Shown here: positions 25,585-37,704 of the stretch, piece after piece
Layout: every line of letters begins with the position of its first letter
How positions within the stretch are numbered: the first letter of the stretch is position 1
NCBI RefSeq assembly: GCF_037042905.1
Contig: NC_087252.1
Span: 24,430,001 to 24,494,000, forward strand
Length of the DNA: 64,000 nucleotides
Direction: 5' to 3'
Source: Lytechinus pictus
Taxonomy: Eukaryota
Made by a program: the position numbers and the translations under genes
Notes under the pieces: generated by a model
Told to the model about the DNA's origin: nothing
Database searches by the model: none
What the model saw: only the letters and a program-made list of their open reading frames with translations

Positions 25585-26190
25585 AACCAAGGTATCAAAA
25601 TACCTGGGAAGTGTCCCGAGTGTTGGATTATTTATGTTCATTGGCAGAGAATAGCCAACTTTCTTTATTTCAATTAAGTCACAAACTTGTGTCGTTAGTG
25701 GCGCTTGTAACAGCGCAACGTATACAGACACTCAATCATCTGGATATTTCTTTCTTGCACATTTCTGATAATCGCGCATTTTTTTCAAGTTATGGAAATC
25801 TTGAGAACCACAACTCCAAAACGGAGTATTGCAAATCAACTAGTTGAACTTCCTTCCTTTCCTTTGAAGAAGAAATTGTGTGTTTTATCAACCCTCAAGG
25901 AATATCTACATCGTACTAAACCGCTTCGTGAATGTCATGGCGAATCAAAGCTCTTTATTTCTACTAAGAAACCTCACAAATCTGTATGTTCTAGTACTTT
26001 GGCAAGATGGCTGAAAACCACTTTGTATGCTTCGGGCATTGATACCACAGTGTTTTCAGCTCATAGTTTTAGAAGTGCAGCTACTTCTTCTGCATACGCA
26101 CATGGTGTCACGTTGAAAGAAATAATGAAGAAAGCTGACTGGTCAAATGCCCAAACTTTCTAACAATTTTACCACGAACCAATCGTCGTT
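25585..26190 (+). pseudogene. DIRS1-type tyrosine recombinase pseudogene
   Basis: KLVSLVALVTAQRIQTL (catalytic R), LCVLSTLKEYL, KLFISTKKPHKSV..STLARWLK, SAHSFRSAATS (HxxR), ADWSN..TF*QFY (catalytic Y). Frameshift near 25785 and stop at 26161. Confidence 0.88.
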
Positions 26191-26740
26191 ACATATTCTT
26201 TTGCATCTTATGATTTAGGACAAACTTCATAAATAAATGGTTTTATCCCATGACATATCACTATGATGTAGAAGTTCAAGCTGTAATTGAATAGATTTTG
26301 TTATTTTAAGAAGGATGAAGTCATTTAGTCTGTGCGTTATCCGATCACTCATGATAATTCTACATGGGTATGAAATGTTGTTTTTCTTTTTAGTAAGAAG
26401 GTGTTAACTTCCTCCGAGTGTTTTTTCCTCTTAGCGTTTGAATACATTACAATTATTTCATTATATAGAAAATGAATATCCTACCAAAATAAAGAAGATG
26501 AAGGATAAGAAATTAAAAAGAAAAAGAATTTAAAAAAGAAGAAGATGAGGAAGAATGATATAAAGAATGTTACACATTCAGGATGATACGAAAGGAATTA
26601 AGTATAATAAAAATAAAAAACCTTGTTATGTTTGTTACCAAGGTTCTTGACATGGGTAAACGTGATTATAAACTCAGATTAAAGTGTTGTGTTATTCATG
26701 CCTTATCCTATATCCGTTTCATCTCAGTTTCTGTGATTTT

Positions 26741-27400
26741 AGCTTTGAACATGCTAACCCTCTGAAGACTTGTACAAATGTTACGTAATATATAGGATTC
26801 CTAAATTATGCAAATAACATGAAGTATATAATTAGAATTCTATTAGTAATAATGTAGTAAAAGTCGAAGAGGGTCCCACCCTAAGGATATTTTTAAAGAT
26901 CCCCTCCCTTCCTCTTTGGGTTTGTATTGTTCAAATCACAGAATCTGCCATGTTTGCCTTGTATGTAGTGTACTATTATCATGATTATGTGTTTTGTGAT
27001 TGAGTATGAGTCCATTGTGATAACAACCTTTTCATGCTTGGTATTTTTTTTATAACCTTCTGTGAACCAGTTAGTGTGATATGTTTGTTTGATGTCTGGA
27101 TGTGATTATCTGGATGAATTTCTTTTAGGTGTCCTTTTTTGGCAACATTTCACTCTTTTTTGTCGCGTGTTATTTATTAGAGCCTCTCTTCACTTTGAAA
27201 AGATGATTACATGCGACATCGACTCCTATTTATAGGGTCCCTTACCTCATTTGAATTTTAAATTACTTTGAATTTCTTTTGTGTGGTCTCACTGCCTAGC
27301 ACCTGGAAATATGCTAACCCTCTTCGACTTGTACTACATTATTACTAATAGAATTCTAATTATACTTCATATTATTTGCATAATTTAGGAATTCTAATAT
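26741..27400 (+). mobile_element. DIRS-type internal complementary region and right terminal repeat
   Basis: 26795-26874 is the near reverse complement of 27317-27393. ATGCTAACCCTCT occurs at both 26751 and 27311. Lies downstream of the YR relic, as in DIRS1. Confidence 0.7.
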
Positions 27401-27513
27401 ACTTTACACACTCCAAAAAGGACAGTTTACCCAATTAACATTTGACAAACGTGGAACATGCACGCTTGTTGGGTAAAATGATACCAAATACTCCATGTAA
27501 TTTTTTTACCCAA

Positions 27514-27596
27514 ATACATGTTTTAATGGTACATTTCTTTTCAACGCAACTTTGGCAATGTTGCGTTGAAAAGAAATGTACCATTAAAACATGTAT
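27514..27596. repeat. perfect 37-bp inverted repeat with 9-nt loop
   Basis: 27514-27550 is the exact reverse complement of 27560-27596. Confidence 0.95.
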
Positions 27597-27641
27597 ATAT
27601 TTATACGGGTCAATATCTTACCAACAAACATGCATGCTCCC

Positions 27642-27922
27642 CAGTGGCGTACCTGGGATTTTTCGCAGGGGGGGCAAAACCGTCCGCCAAAAAATTTGAC
27701 AAGCCAAAAAAATAAATAAATAAAAAAATAAAGGTCTTCAATCACAAATGAAGGATTTCGTACCAGAAAAAAATTTGACAAGCAAAAAAAAAAAAAAAAA
27801 AAAAAAGGTCTTCAAGCTCGTCAGGGGGGGGGGGCAGGGATACGTCCTTTGCATGGGTTGTGGCTCGTCAGGGGGGCAGACTGCCCCCTCTGCCCCCCCC
27901 CCCCCCCGTAGGTACGCTAGTG
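27642..27922 (+). mobile_element. hAT-type MITE with 8-bp TSD ATGCTCCC
   Basis: CAGTGGCGTACCT...AGGTACGCTAGTG. TSD at 27634-27641 and 27923-27930. Confidence 0.88.
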
Positions 27923-30349
27923 ATGCTCCCCCTCCACCCAATAATGGACAATTTTGTACACAATCCTTTCTAAAGTGCAGGGGGAAAAAAGAAAAGGACT
28001 TTTTTGCTATCTCTCCCTCTCCCCACTTCACAACCCTTTGTCGTCCCACAAAGAACCCCCAAGGTCCCAACACAATAAATGGGTAAGTGTGACAGTTAAC
28101 TCGGTAATGGTGTGAGTGGTAATTTTTTTTAACTGATTGCTAAGAAATCCAAAATGGTTTTAAGCAAGCAACCAGGGGACGTATTTGGCTTTACCCCAAT
28201 GGAGCCAGGTAATTTGGACTCGAGATCTCAGCGCAAGCGCCGCAAAATTTTGCACATAATACATAACTCGATACTGCCCCCAAACTGCTAATTTTCTATT
28301 CGGAGAATTTTTGTAGAATTCCGGCCAAATGTACGAATAAAAAATCGGTATCGCAATTGTTTACGTATTCAGTTTTCTTTTTTTCATATTTTATTTGTTT
28401 CGACTTTTTGTTTTTAATTGTCTATTCGATGGAATTCGGCGACTGAATTCTGACCATAAACACAGTTAGTTGATTTTAATCAGTAAAAGTAGATATAACG
28501 CGACATTTATGAATTTTGGCTGAAAAGACAATTTGAATCGTACATGAATTCACTCTTCTTTTTTTTTAGCAAGTTTGGGTGTGACATGTGCGAAGCAGAT
28601 TAATTGCGAACAAAATGTCGAGGTGGCGATTTCCGGCCGCCCCAATCCTTGTAGCGTTATGGTCCTCCCCATGGACCTGGTAATGGGGATACATTACCGA
28701 GCTGAGCGATCCGTCGTGAATTCAATGCAATGTTTATAGTTAAATCATAGAGCTATCTGTAATAGCTCTATAGTTAAATCATGCAGGGGTGTGAGTGGTC
28801 ACAAATAAGAAGATCTGAAAAAAGCTGAACAGTGTTGGACAATTCTGAAATAGAAAGAGCTCCCACACTTTTTGTACGGAGGAAAGCCAAAAAGGCTGAA
28901 ATTAAACTGAAAATAAAAACAACAAAATTAAAAACAGCTCAAAATCTGAACTCTCACACTCCTGATCATGATTCGCAGTCCCATTTGCCCATACTGGATT
29001 TTATTTGTTTATAACATACCAGTTGATCGAGGTGTGTGACAAGAAAAAAACAAACCGTGAACACTAAACATACTACGTTACAAAATGGAGATTGAATAGA
29101 TTGTGATATGCTTGCAGTTAATTAGAAATAAGAATATCAGTAATCAATAAGAATTTCAACAACCATGGGTTTGCATTTGTTAGACAAGGTAGATCACAAT
29201 TTTGGGTTAAAATTCAATTCTCGGTTTTACTTACTAAATTTTCGTTAACTTTTTGATCCGGTTGAATGAAAATGAAAGATTTTGAACAAGAGAGCTCAGG
29301 GCGAAAACAGAAAAATCAAAGAAACAGATCAACGAATGTCTGAGAAAATTGAATAAATGGTAAGAGAGTTATGAGCATTTTAAGTTTAGATCATTATTGT
29401 AATGTAGATCCTCTCATTAGCAATGCGACAAACATGTTTGATGTCACTTGTGAGCGACTTTCCCATTACTTTTCTATATCATATTTCACTCAAAGTGCCT
29501 CTTTTATCGCATCTATCAGTAGATCATATTTTTTTTCTAAGGAGGGCATGTAATACATGTACAGGTTTTCAAAGAATAAATTATGGATAGAGAGTTTGTA
29601 TCACCGTAAGAGCAAAACGAGACATTTTGGAGGTATTTTATAGTCCACCAAAGGAAAAGTTGTTCATATGTGACATCACACATCTTCGTCGCATTGCCAA
29701 TGGGAGGATTTCCATAGCATTTGTGATCGCAATATTCAAATGCTCAAAACTTTCTCATAATTTGTCCAATTTTTCTCAAACTTTCTTTGATCTTTTTCTT
29801 TGATTTTTTTCTATTTCCACACAAGCTCACTTGTGCCGAATGTTTCATTCCCCTTTTACATGTTTAACTCTTTTAAGTTAAATTATTGATTTTTTTTTCT
29901 TTGTCAGTTCTTCCATCACCCCGTCACTTGCGCATAGAGGGAGGTGGCACTTGTGGGGCTGGGTCGGCACCCCTCTAAATGTTACAAGACTAAGAATAAA
30001 CAAAACAGTCATGGGAAATAAGGTAGGGCAAGAAAAATCATCTTTAGCATTCAAAAACTATGTCGAAATCTATCACAAAATTAGATTGTGTCGCTCGATT
30101 CGCTTTATTGCAATATCTTTTAAAGATTTTGCCCTAAGTGCAGTGTTTCGCCCTCTCAGAATTATTGACTCATTACCGACATAATTAAAAATGATGATTT
30201 TTATGATGATCACACACACGACAACATTATCGTAATCAATGGTGTTCAACTGTAAGATGATGTTACTGTTGATTCTGATGGCCTACCTCGATATCATCAA
30301 CATCATTTCATATATCAATACATTTCTAGGATCAAAACCCACAGCAACA

Positions 30350-30485
30350 TTATCATTACCATCATCATCGTCGTCATATTGTCATCATCACCACCATCAT
30401 CACCATCATCACCACCACCAACATCATCATCACCATCATCATCATCGTCATCACCATCATCATCATCACCATCATCATCATCATA
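30350..30485. repeat. (CAT/CAC)n microsatellite abutting the MCT exon 1 donor
   Basis: Direct reading. Confidence 0.95.
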
Positions 30486-30501
30486 TCGATAATGAACTTA
30501 C

Positions 30502-30697
30502 CCAATAAATATGTAAGTCCTTGAGCAAGTCCTGAGACGAGTCCCACGAGGCCTGTAGTCGTATCAAGGTCCCTGGTGATATCGTTCAGGAAGACGCCGT
30601 AGCTCTTCAGGACACCTACTTCAAGGAAGATGGTCAAGGAGACGCCGGCGAGAATGAGCCACCTCCTCAGTGACGGTTTGTATGACTCCTCCACCAT
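30502..30697 (-). CDS. SLC16/monocarboxylate transporter-like MFS protein, coding exon 1 of 4
   Basis: ATG at 30697 (AAGATGG context), MVEESYKPSLRRWLILAGVSLTIFLEVGVLKSYGVF...LTYLL (TM1-2 of MCT type). Donor G|GTAAGT after 30502, phase 1. Confidence 0.85.
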
Positions 30698-30867
30698 CTT
30701 GGTATGTATATGCACGTCTTTCTAAGTCGGGATTTTGTCCTAGTCGAGTCTTTCTTGTTCAAGTCTTTCCTTGTCAAGACTTTCCTTGTCAAGTCTTAAT
30801 ATTCGGGTGTATCCTAGTCAAACCTTCACTTGTCACATCTTTCCTATTCTGATCTTTAATTCCTATT

Positions 30868-31340
30868 CTAGTCTTTCTTAGTCAAGCCTTTAATGGTCAA
30901 GTCTTTCCCAGTCAAGCCTTTCCTGGTCAAGTCTTTTCTAGTCAAGCCTTTCCTGGTCAAGTCTTTTCTAGTCAAGCCTTTCCTGGTCAAGCCTTTCCTG
31001 GTCAAGTCTTTCCTAGTCAAGCCTTTCCTGGTCAAGTCTTTCCTAGTCAAGCCTTTCCTGGTCAAGCCTTTCCTGGTCAAGCCTTTCCTAGTCAAGCCTT
31101 TCCTGGTCAAGTCATCCCCAGTCAAGCCTTTCCTGGTCAAATCTTTCCTAGTCAAGCCTTTCCTGGTCAAGTCTTTCCCAGTCGAGCCTTTCCTGGTCAA
31201 GTCTTCCCTAGTCACGTCTTTCCTAGTGATATATTTCCTAGTCATACCCTTCCAGGTGAATTATTTCCTATAGTCAAGTCTTTATTCCTTGTCAAGACTT
31301 TCATTGTCAAGTCTCTAGTAGTCAAGTCTTTCTTGTCAAG
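30868..31340. repeat. 15-bp minisatellite (T[A/G]GTCAAG[C/T]CTTTCC)n
   Basis: More than 20 units, homogeneous centre, degenerate edges extending to ~30735. Confidence 0.95.
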
Positions 31341-34300
31341 ACATCCTTAGCTTGTCACATCGAAAGAGAATTTGATTGTGTCAACATAAACAAAGTTCCT
31401 CAGAGCTGTATATACTCTAGTCCAGAATATGACCTGTTCTCCTATTCCTTTTCCTTCACTTGACGAATGTCAGCAAGTGCGGCGTCATCGGGCGAGGAAA
31501 AAGACTGACAAGTCTGCAGAAGCTGAAGATTTAGTTATTACAGTTCTTTGTCATGCCATCTGGGGGAATTTCGGAGGGTTATTGATATGATTCCCGGGTT
31601 TAAGAAGGAAGATGCTCGATACACCGAACAATGGTTAAAACAAACTAAACTTGCCAGTCACTACGAATTATCAAGGCCAAGTTTAAGGCTGTCACAAGCC
31701 GGCATCTATTAAATGTCTTACTCGATAAAGGCCTTCGGTTGATGTGAGCCACATACCGGAACAACAGTAACTTACATACGTACGTGTAGCTACAATTTTC
31801 TTTACTGATATCGTGGGATGTGACCTTATGACTCTATTCAAAATCTGAATACAAACATAAAGGATCGAGTTGTGTTATTGAATGATCGACTGAAAAATCC
31901 ATTTTCATCCCAGACGAGTCTCACTTTATTATGTATACATGTACACATTGATCCACATGACTACGCATAGTTATATAGACACTGCAAAACTATACTGTAT
32001 ATATTTCATACGTCATGTATGTTGTTATCAGGGCCGTAGCCAGAATCATTTTGTTGGAGGGGGGATGTACCAGCTAAATTTGCCAAATAAATCTGGCGCG
32101 ATAGCGCCAACGTGCGCGCACGGGGGCTGGTGGGGGATGCGCCCCCAGTGGGTAACGGAATGGGGGAACCAACAAAAATTTTGAGCCACTTAGAGGGCGC
32201 GCGAAGCGAGCTCAATAGCCAGGTATTGTGACCTAATAAAGACATTTTAAGGACTGTGCCATTGTAATGATAGGTATCTCACTGATCAAATAACACGAGC
32301 GCGAAGCGCGAGCTGAAATTTTTAGATATTCAGACCTTAAAAAGGGACATTATAAGCATTTTCTTTGTAATCATAATGCATACCTGTCCCACTAAACAAA
32401 AAAAATGCGAGCGCGAAGCTCGAGCTAATTTTTTTGTATATATCATCCCCGAACAAGGATATTTATTTTTAAGGACTATTTTTCTTTAAAGAATTCACAA
32501 AGAGCATACAGCATATGTACTGTATGCTGTTTTTTTTTTTTTTATAATTACACCTATAAACATGAAGTCATTGTAATCATGAACATGATACGTATCTCTC
32601 TAATCAAATATGTGGGCGCGAAGGACGTGGTGATTTTTTTTTATTCAGACCTGAAGAGTGGCATTCTAAGGCTTGTTTGTAGGAATTCGTTAAGACCATA
32701 CGTATTTCACTAACCAAATGATGCGAGCGCGACGCGCTAGCTGAATCTTTTTTTATATTCAGACCAGAAGATATTGGCATATTAAGGACTGTTTTTAGGG
32801 ATTCATGACCAGATGTATCTCACCAATCCACTTATGCGAACGTAAGCACGGACTAGAAATGTTTTATATTCAGACTTAAAAGGGGGCAATCACTTTAAGA
32901 AGTCATGAAAAGAAGCACATGTTACTTCATAAAATAATAAAAGCTCGAAGTGCGAGGAAATATATTTGGTGTAAATTGACTTGAAAACGGGATGTTTTAG
33001 TGCAATTAAATCCCTTTGAACTAGTAAATCTTAATATGCGAGCACCAGGAGTGATGAACACATAGGTCAATCAAAATATGTTTCATAAAATTATGAAAAC
33101 AAATCTTATGTAATATATTATATATGCCTACTAACTTTAAAAAAATTGTGTTTTTTGCCAACTGCAGATGGTTGAACATGAGTTAACAGTCTTTAAGTTT
33201 TGTGTTCTGTTTTACACCCTTTTTTGATTTTTTGGCTGAAATTAGTATTTTCCCTCTAATAAAGTACTTTTTGTTTCAAAGTTGAAAACAATGCGGTGGG
33301 GTTAAGGTTTATGCAATGGGTCATCAATACATGACACCACCATAATAGTAGACCGGCCAAAACGATTTTTTATACTTTGGACGGCAAAATTTGTTAATGC
33401 TTGCTAATGCTTGGCATCCCAGCTAATAGTCTTGCAAAAATACCCAGGAATAGCGTACGGCCGGATGCCAAGCGCAATTTTGCGTGAAAGTGTCATTTTT
33501 AGCGTAAAATCTGAAAGAATGTCGAAAATCACGCATTTTGATATTTTGACGGATTATATTAATATTTTTGATTATCTTTGATATGCAATTATTCTTATTC
33601 AGAGTTTCAAATTATAAGTCTCATAAATATGCATTTCAAATTTGAATATTGCACACACACATATGGCACAGGGAAACATAAAACCGCGATTTCCTCAAAA
33701 TAAAAGTTTGTGAAAACTATCAATAGTTTAAAGTTTTTTACGCAACTTAAATTCTTCGATTTAAATGCGTTTCTCAATCGAATGTATAGTAAATGTCCTA
33801 ATGCCACAAATATTAAAATAATTTTCAGGTAAGATGGAATATATCTCATTTTATGTTATCCGAAAGGAGACAATGTGCATTTTACCAGGTGCGCATTTTG
33901 AAAGAAAAATTGAAAATACCATACATTATGTACATAATTACATGTATAAGTACATACTAAAGCGAGTTTTTAATTACATGTATAAGTGCATTCTAAAGCG
34001 AGTTTTTAATTGGATAGCACAATTTGTCAATTATTTGCATCCCAGCTAAAAGTCTTGCGGAAATCCTGAGGAATAACGTACGGGCGGATGCCAAGTGCAC
34101 TTTTGCGTGAAAGTATCATTTTTTGCGTAAAATTTGAAAGACTGTTGAAAATCACGCATTTTGATATTTTGACGGATTATCATCATATTTTTGATTATCT
34201 TTGATATGGAATTATTTTTATTCAGAGTTTCAAATTATAAGTCTACTAAATATGCATTTCAATGTGGAATTTTACACACACATATATGGCAATATGACAT

Positions 34301-34703
34301 AAAAATCGTGATTTACTCAAAATAGAAGTTTGTGAACACTATCAATGGTTCTAAGTTTTTTTACAACTTAAATTCTTCGATTTAAATTGGTTCATCTATT
34401 GAATATCGATCGTTTCTAATGTCACAAATATTAAAAGAATTTTCAAGTAAGGTGGAAGAAATATTTTCCGAAAGGGGGCATGCAAAATTTAGCGGGGAGG
34501 GGGGGGGCATTTTGAATGTAAAATTGAAGATACTGTAAATTATTAACATAATTACATGAATAAGTACATACTTAAAACGAGTTACAAAATTTCTGGCCGC
34601 AACTGCCTCTTCCCCCCCCCCCTCCCCCCACTGCCTAAGGTTATGTGTAGTGTCCGAAAGGATTACATGGAGCTGAAAGTATCCCGTTTTCAAGATAATA
34701 AAC

Positions 34704-34902
34704 CACTAGCGTAAAGGGGGGCAGACTGCCCCCCCCCCCCCCAACGAGTCACAACTCATGCAGGGGACGTACCCCAGGCCTGCCCCCCTGACGATTCTTT
34801 TGTTCTGGTACAAAATCCTTTGCTTGTAATTTTTTTTTCGCGGACGAAATATCCTCAAAAAAATCCCCCCCCCCCCTTTGGAAAATCCTGGGTACGCCGC
34901 TG
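34704..34902 (-). mobile_element. hAT-type MITE, same family, TSD TAATAAAC/TAATATAC
   Basis: CACTAGCGTA...TACGCCGCTG, 8-bp TSD with one mismatch. Confidence 0.75.
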
Positions 34903-35359
34903 TAATATACCCAAAGTATTCTGCTCGCGATTCAAGTGTATATTTTATTGTGGTGTAGCGAGATAGGCACCCTACATGGGATTACAAAAAGATGGCAAAT
35001 AAATTTTCGACTCGAGCTTCGCGCTGGCATTAATATATGAGATAAACAACTTGCTATCTGTTTAAAAAAAAACCTTGCTTGATGTGTCAACTTCTCAGAA
35101 TCCAGTCGCATCCAGTCCATTATCAAATAAATATGAATACTGTATGTCCAATCTTTAGCTCTTAGTCTCTCCCAATTTTAGCTCGCGCTTTTGCGCTAAC
35201 GTTTTTGTAAGTAAGATATTCATCTTTTTCTTCATTAAAAACATGTTTAAAATCCTTCGTTTAATTCGACATTTTCAGTTCACGCTTCGCGCTCGCATCA
35301 AATGCTATAATTAAATACTGATCATTGTTCATGATTTCACGATTTTTGTTTTACCTCAT

Positions 35360-35536
35360 TTGCTAAGAAAGCGTGAATGCTTCTAAGCAAGCAACCAGAT
35401 GACCGATGGCTTAAGGTACTCTCCGAGGGACCTATAGGATTAAAATGCCTTACTTGGCACTAGCGCACCAAGTGGGAATCGAACCCAGGCCACCGGAGTC
35501 CGAAACCCCCTCACTACCGATTGAGCTATCGCGCCT
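35360..35536 (-). mobile_element. tRNA-derived SINE 5' part, second family
   Basis: Minus strand GGCGCGATAGCTCAATCGG (A box) ... GGTTCGATTCCC (B box), followed by non-tRNA sequence. Confidence 0.7.
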
Positions 35537-36894
35537 GAGAATGTTTCGTTTCTAATTTTAAAAAAAGCCAGCTCGGCTTGTGCTGGATTTTTTTAAAAAA
35601 CAGATACATAACATTTTTTATTTCAAAACGTCATCAAAATGTCCAGTTTACGGATTGGAATATAAAAATCAGATTGCGTTTCACGCTCGCATCAATAGCC
35701 TATATATCATTTTTTAAAAATATTTATTAAATGCTCCGTTTCCACGTCAGAATATTAAAAATTTCTGAAATTTTTAACATTACAATAATGTTCATGATTA
35801 CACTTACGAATTGTGTAACTTTCTAACTTTCAACTCTAAATTTTATGGCATATGAATCAATCTATTTTGTTACCCCCTGCAAAATACCAAGCCCCGCCCC
35901 CGTGCTCCTCTGCTGACAAAATCCTAGCTACGCTGCTGGTGAGTGAGCTGACTGACCAAGTCTTTTAAGCAAAAGCCTTAATTTAGGGAAGAATTTGTGT
36001 TTATTAATAAAAAAAATGTTTAAAATTACAATATTTACATTCAATTGAGGTTATGATAAATAAAAAAATATGTATAAATATATAAATAAATAATAAATAA
36101 ATAAATAAATAACTAAATAACCCCCTCCCCTACAAGCTTTCTATTATTTTGCTTCTGTTGTTTTATGCCTTTTCTTGATTTTTTTTTTTTTTTTTTTTTT
36201 TTGGGGGGGGGGGGGCAAGTTTCCCCTCCCCCTCACTTCCATGCATCTTCTATCAAAAGGCTTATGTCAGTGTCCGTAGCTCATTTTCCCAATTTTAGAA
36301 TGTCGAAGGCGTTGTTTCATGCAACTGCGGTCTCTTTGATCAGTTAATTGAACAGTTCATTAGACCAAAAATTAAAATAGATCGGTCAGTAACCATTTGC
36401 ATGAGCTAAGAGTTTTCATCTGTGGAGAATGATGTTTGAAATACTAAAAGAGTAGGTTCTTTAAGTTCACATTTTAATTCTTAAAGCTCATTTCATCACA
36501 TGTATTGTCATGTTGGGAAATGCAGTCGCACGACCATTATGACAAACAAATCTAAAGGCTAATGACCAGCGTCCAGCGCAGATATTGTAATATATAGATT
36601 GCATTTCCCAAATTGGCATTGGCAATACATACATGTATGTCCAGGGCTGCCCAGGGTCGGGCTGTCTGGCCCCCGTCTTAGACTACGATATATAACAGCA
36701 TGGACCTATGATAATAGCAAACGCGAAAACTGTAATGAAGCAACATGAATTGAATGAAAATTATAACTTGCAATGCAAAAGACCAAATAACATTTATTAT
36801 TCATATTTTCACATAATAATTATAGCAGCAGAACATTGGAAACAACTGAAACTAATAATTATTCACAAAAGCGCCATTCATGTGATAATAAAAT

Positions 36895-37334
36895 AATAAG
36901 CTCATCGAACCTAAATGACGTATAACCTTGATCATGTGAACTGAAATTTGTGCAAAATGATCCATCATACTTTAATACCCTTATATTCAAGTTTAATCAT
37001 GAACTGGATCAATAAAATTAAAAAGTTATGATGACATTAAGAAAAAAATACCCCCATATATATGGCCAAAGTTCAGTGACTCTAAATGACCTTTGACCTT
37101 AATCATGTGATCTAAAACTTGTGCAAGACGATCAGTAATACCTGAATACTGTTATAAGTGTCATTAATTTTGTTTTCCTATGTACGTTCAAAGTTATAAC
37201 GAAATTTCGAAAACGTAACATTGGTTAAGATTTCAAGGTTGATATGACGCTGTTATATCAAAACTACCGTCGCCTCCGCCGGAAAAGTGGCTCCTTTAGT
37301 CCTGCTCTGCTATGCATGCAGGCGAGACAAAAAA
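36895..37334 (-). mobile_element. degenerate HINE-like element related to 21758-22939
   Basis: Ends CTCTGCTATGCATGCAGGCGAGACAAAAAA. Decayed TGACCTTTGACCTT repeats. Confidence 0.55.
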
Positions 37335-37466
37335 TAGGTATTGCCGTGGCAACGGCCATATTTTTTTAGACTTTGATAATCCAATAATTGAAGTAAAATG
37401 TAGATTGACAGAGTAGTTTAAAAATGCTAATTCGATCGTTTTATTCATACATGTATATTTTCTATG

Positions 37467-37704
37467 CACTAGCGTACCTACGGGGGGGGGGGGGGCAATG
37501 GGGGCAGTCTGCTCCCCCCCCCCTGACGAGTCCCAACCCATGCAAAAGACTTATCCATGCCCCCCCCCCCCGACGAGCTTGAAGACCTTTTTTGCCCCCC
37601 CCCCCCCCCTGACGAGCTTGAAGACCTTTTTTTTTTGCTTGTCAATTTTTTTGGCCGACGGTTTTGCCCCCCCCCCCTTGTGGAAAATCCTAGGTACGCT
37701 ACTG
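37467..37704 (-). mobile_element. hAT-type MITE, same family, TSD TTTCTATG
   Basis: CACTAGCGTACCT...AGGTACGCTACTG, perfect 8-bp TSD. Confidence 0.88.

Noticed and set aside
25792..26163. Phage integrase / horizontal transfer
   Set aside because: Motifs and the downstream ICR/terminal-repeat structure fit a resident DIRS retrotransposon, and the frame is broken.
28620..28700. Possible MCT exon 2 (cag|GTCCATGG)
   Set aside because: In-frame stop after a few codons. The true exon is at 19902-20042.
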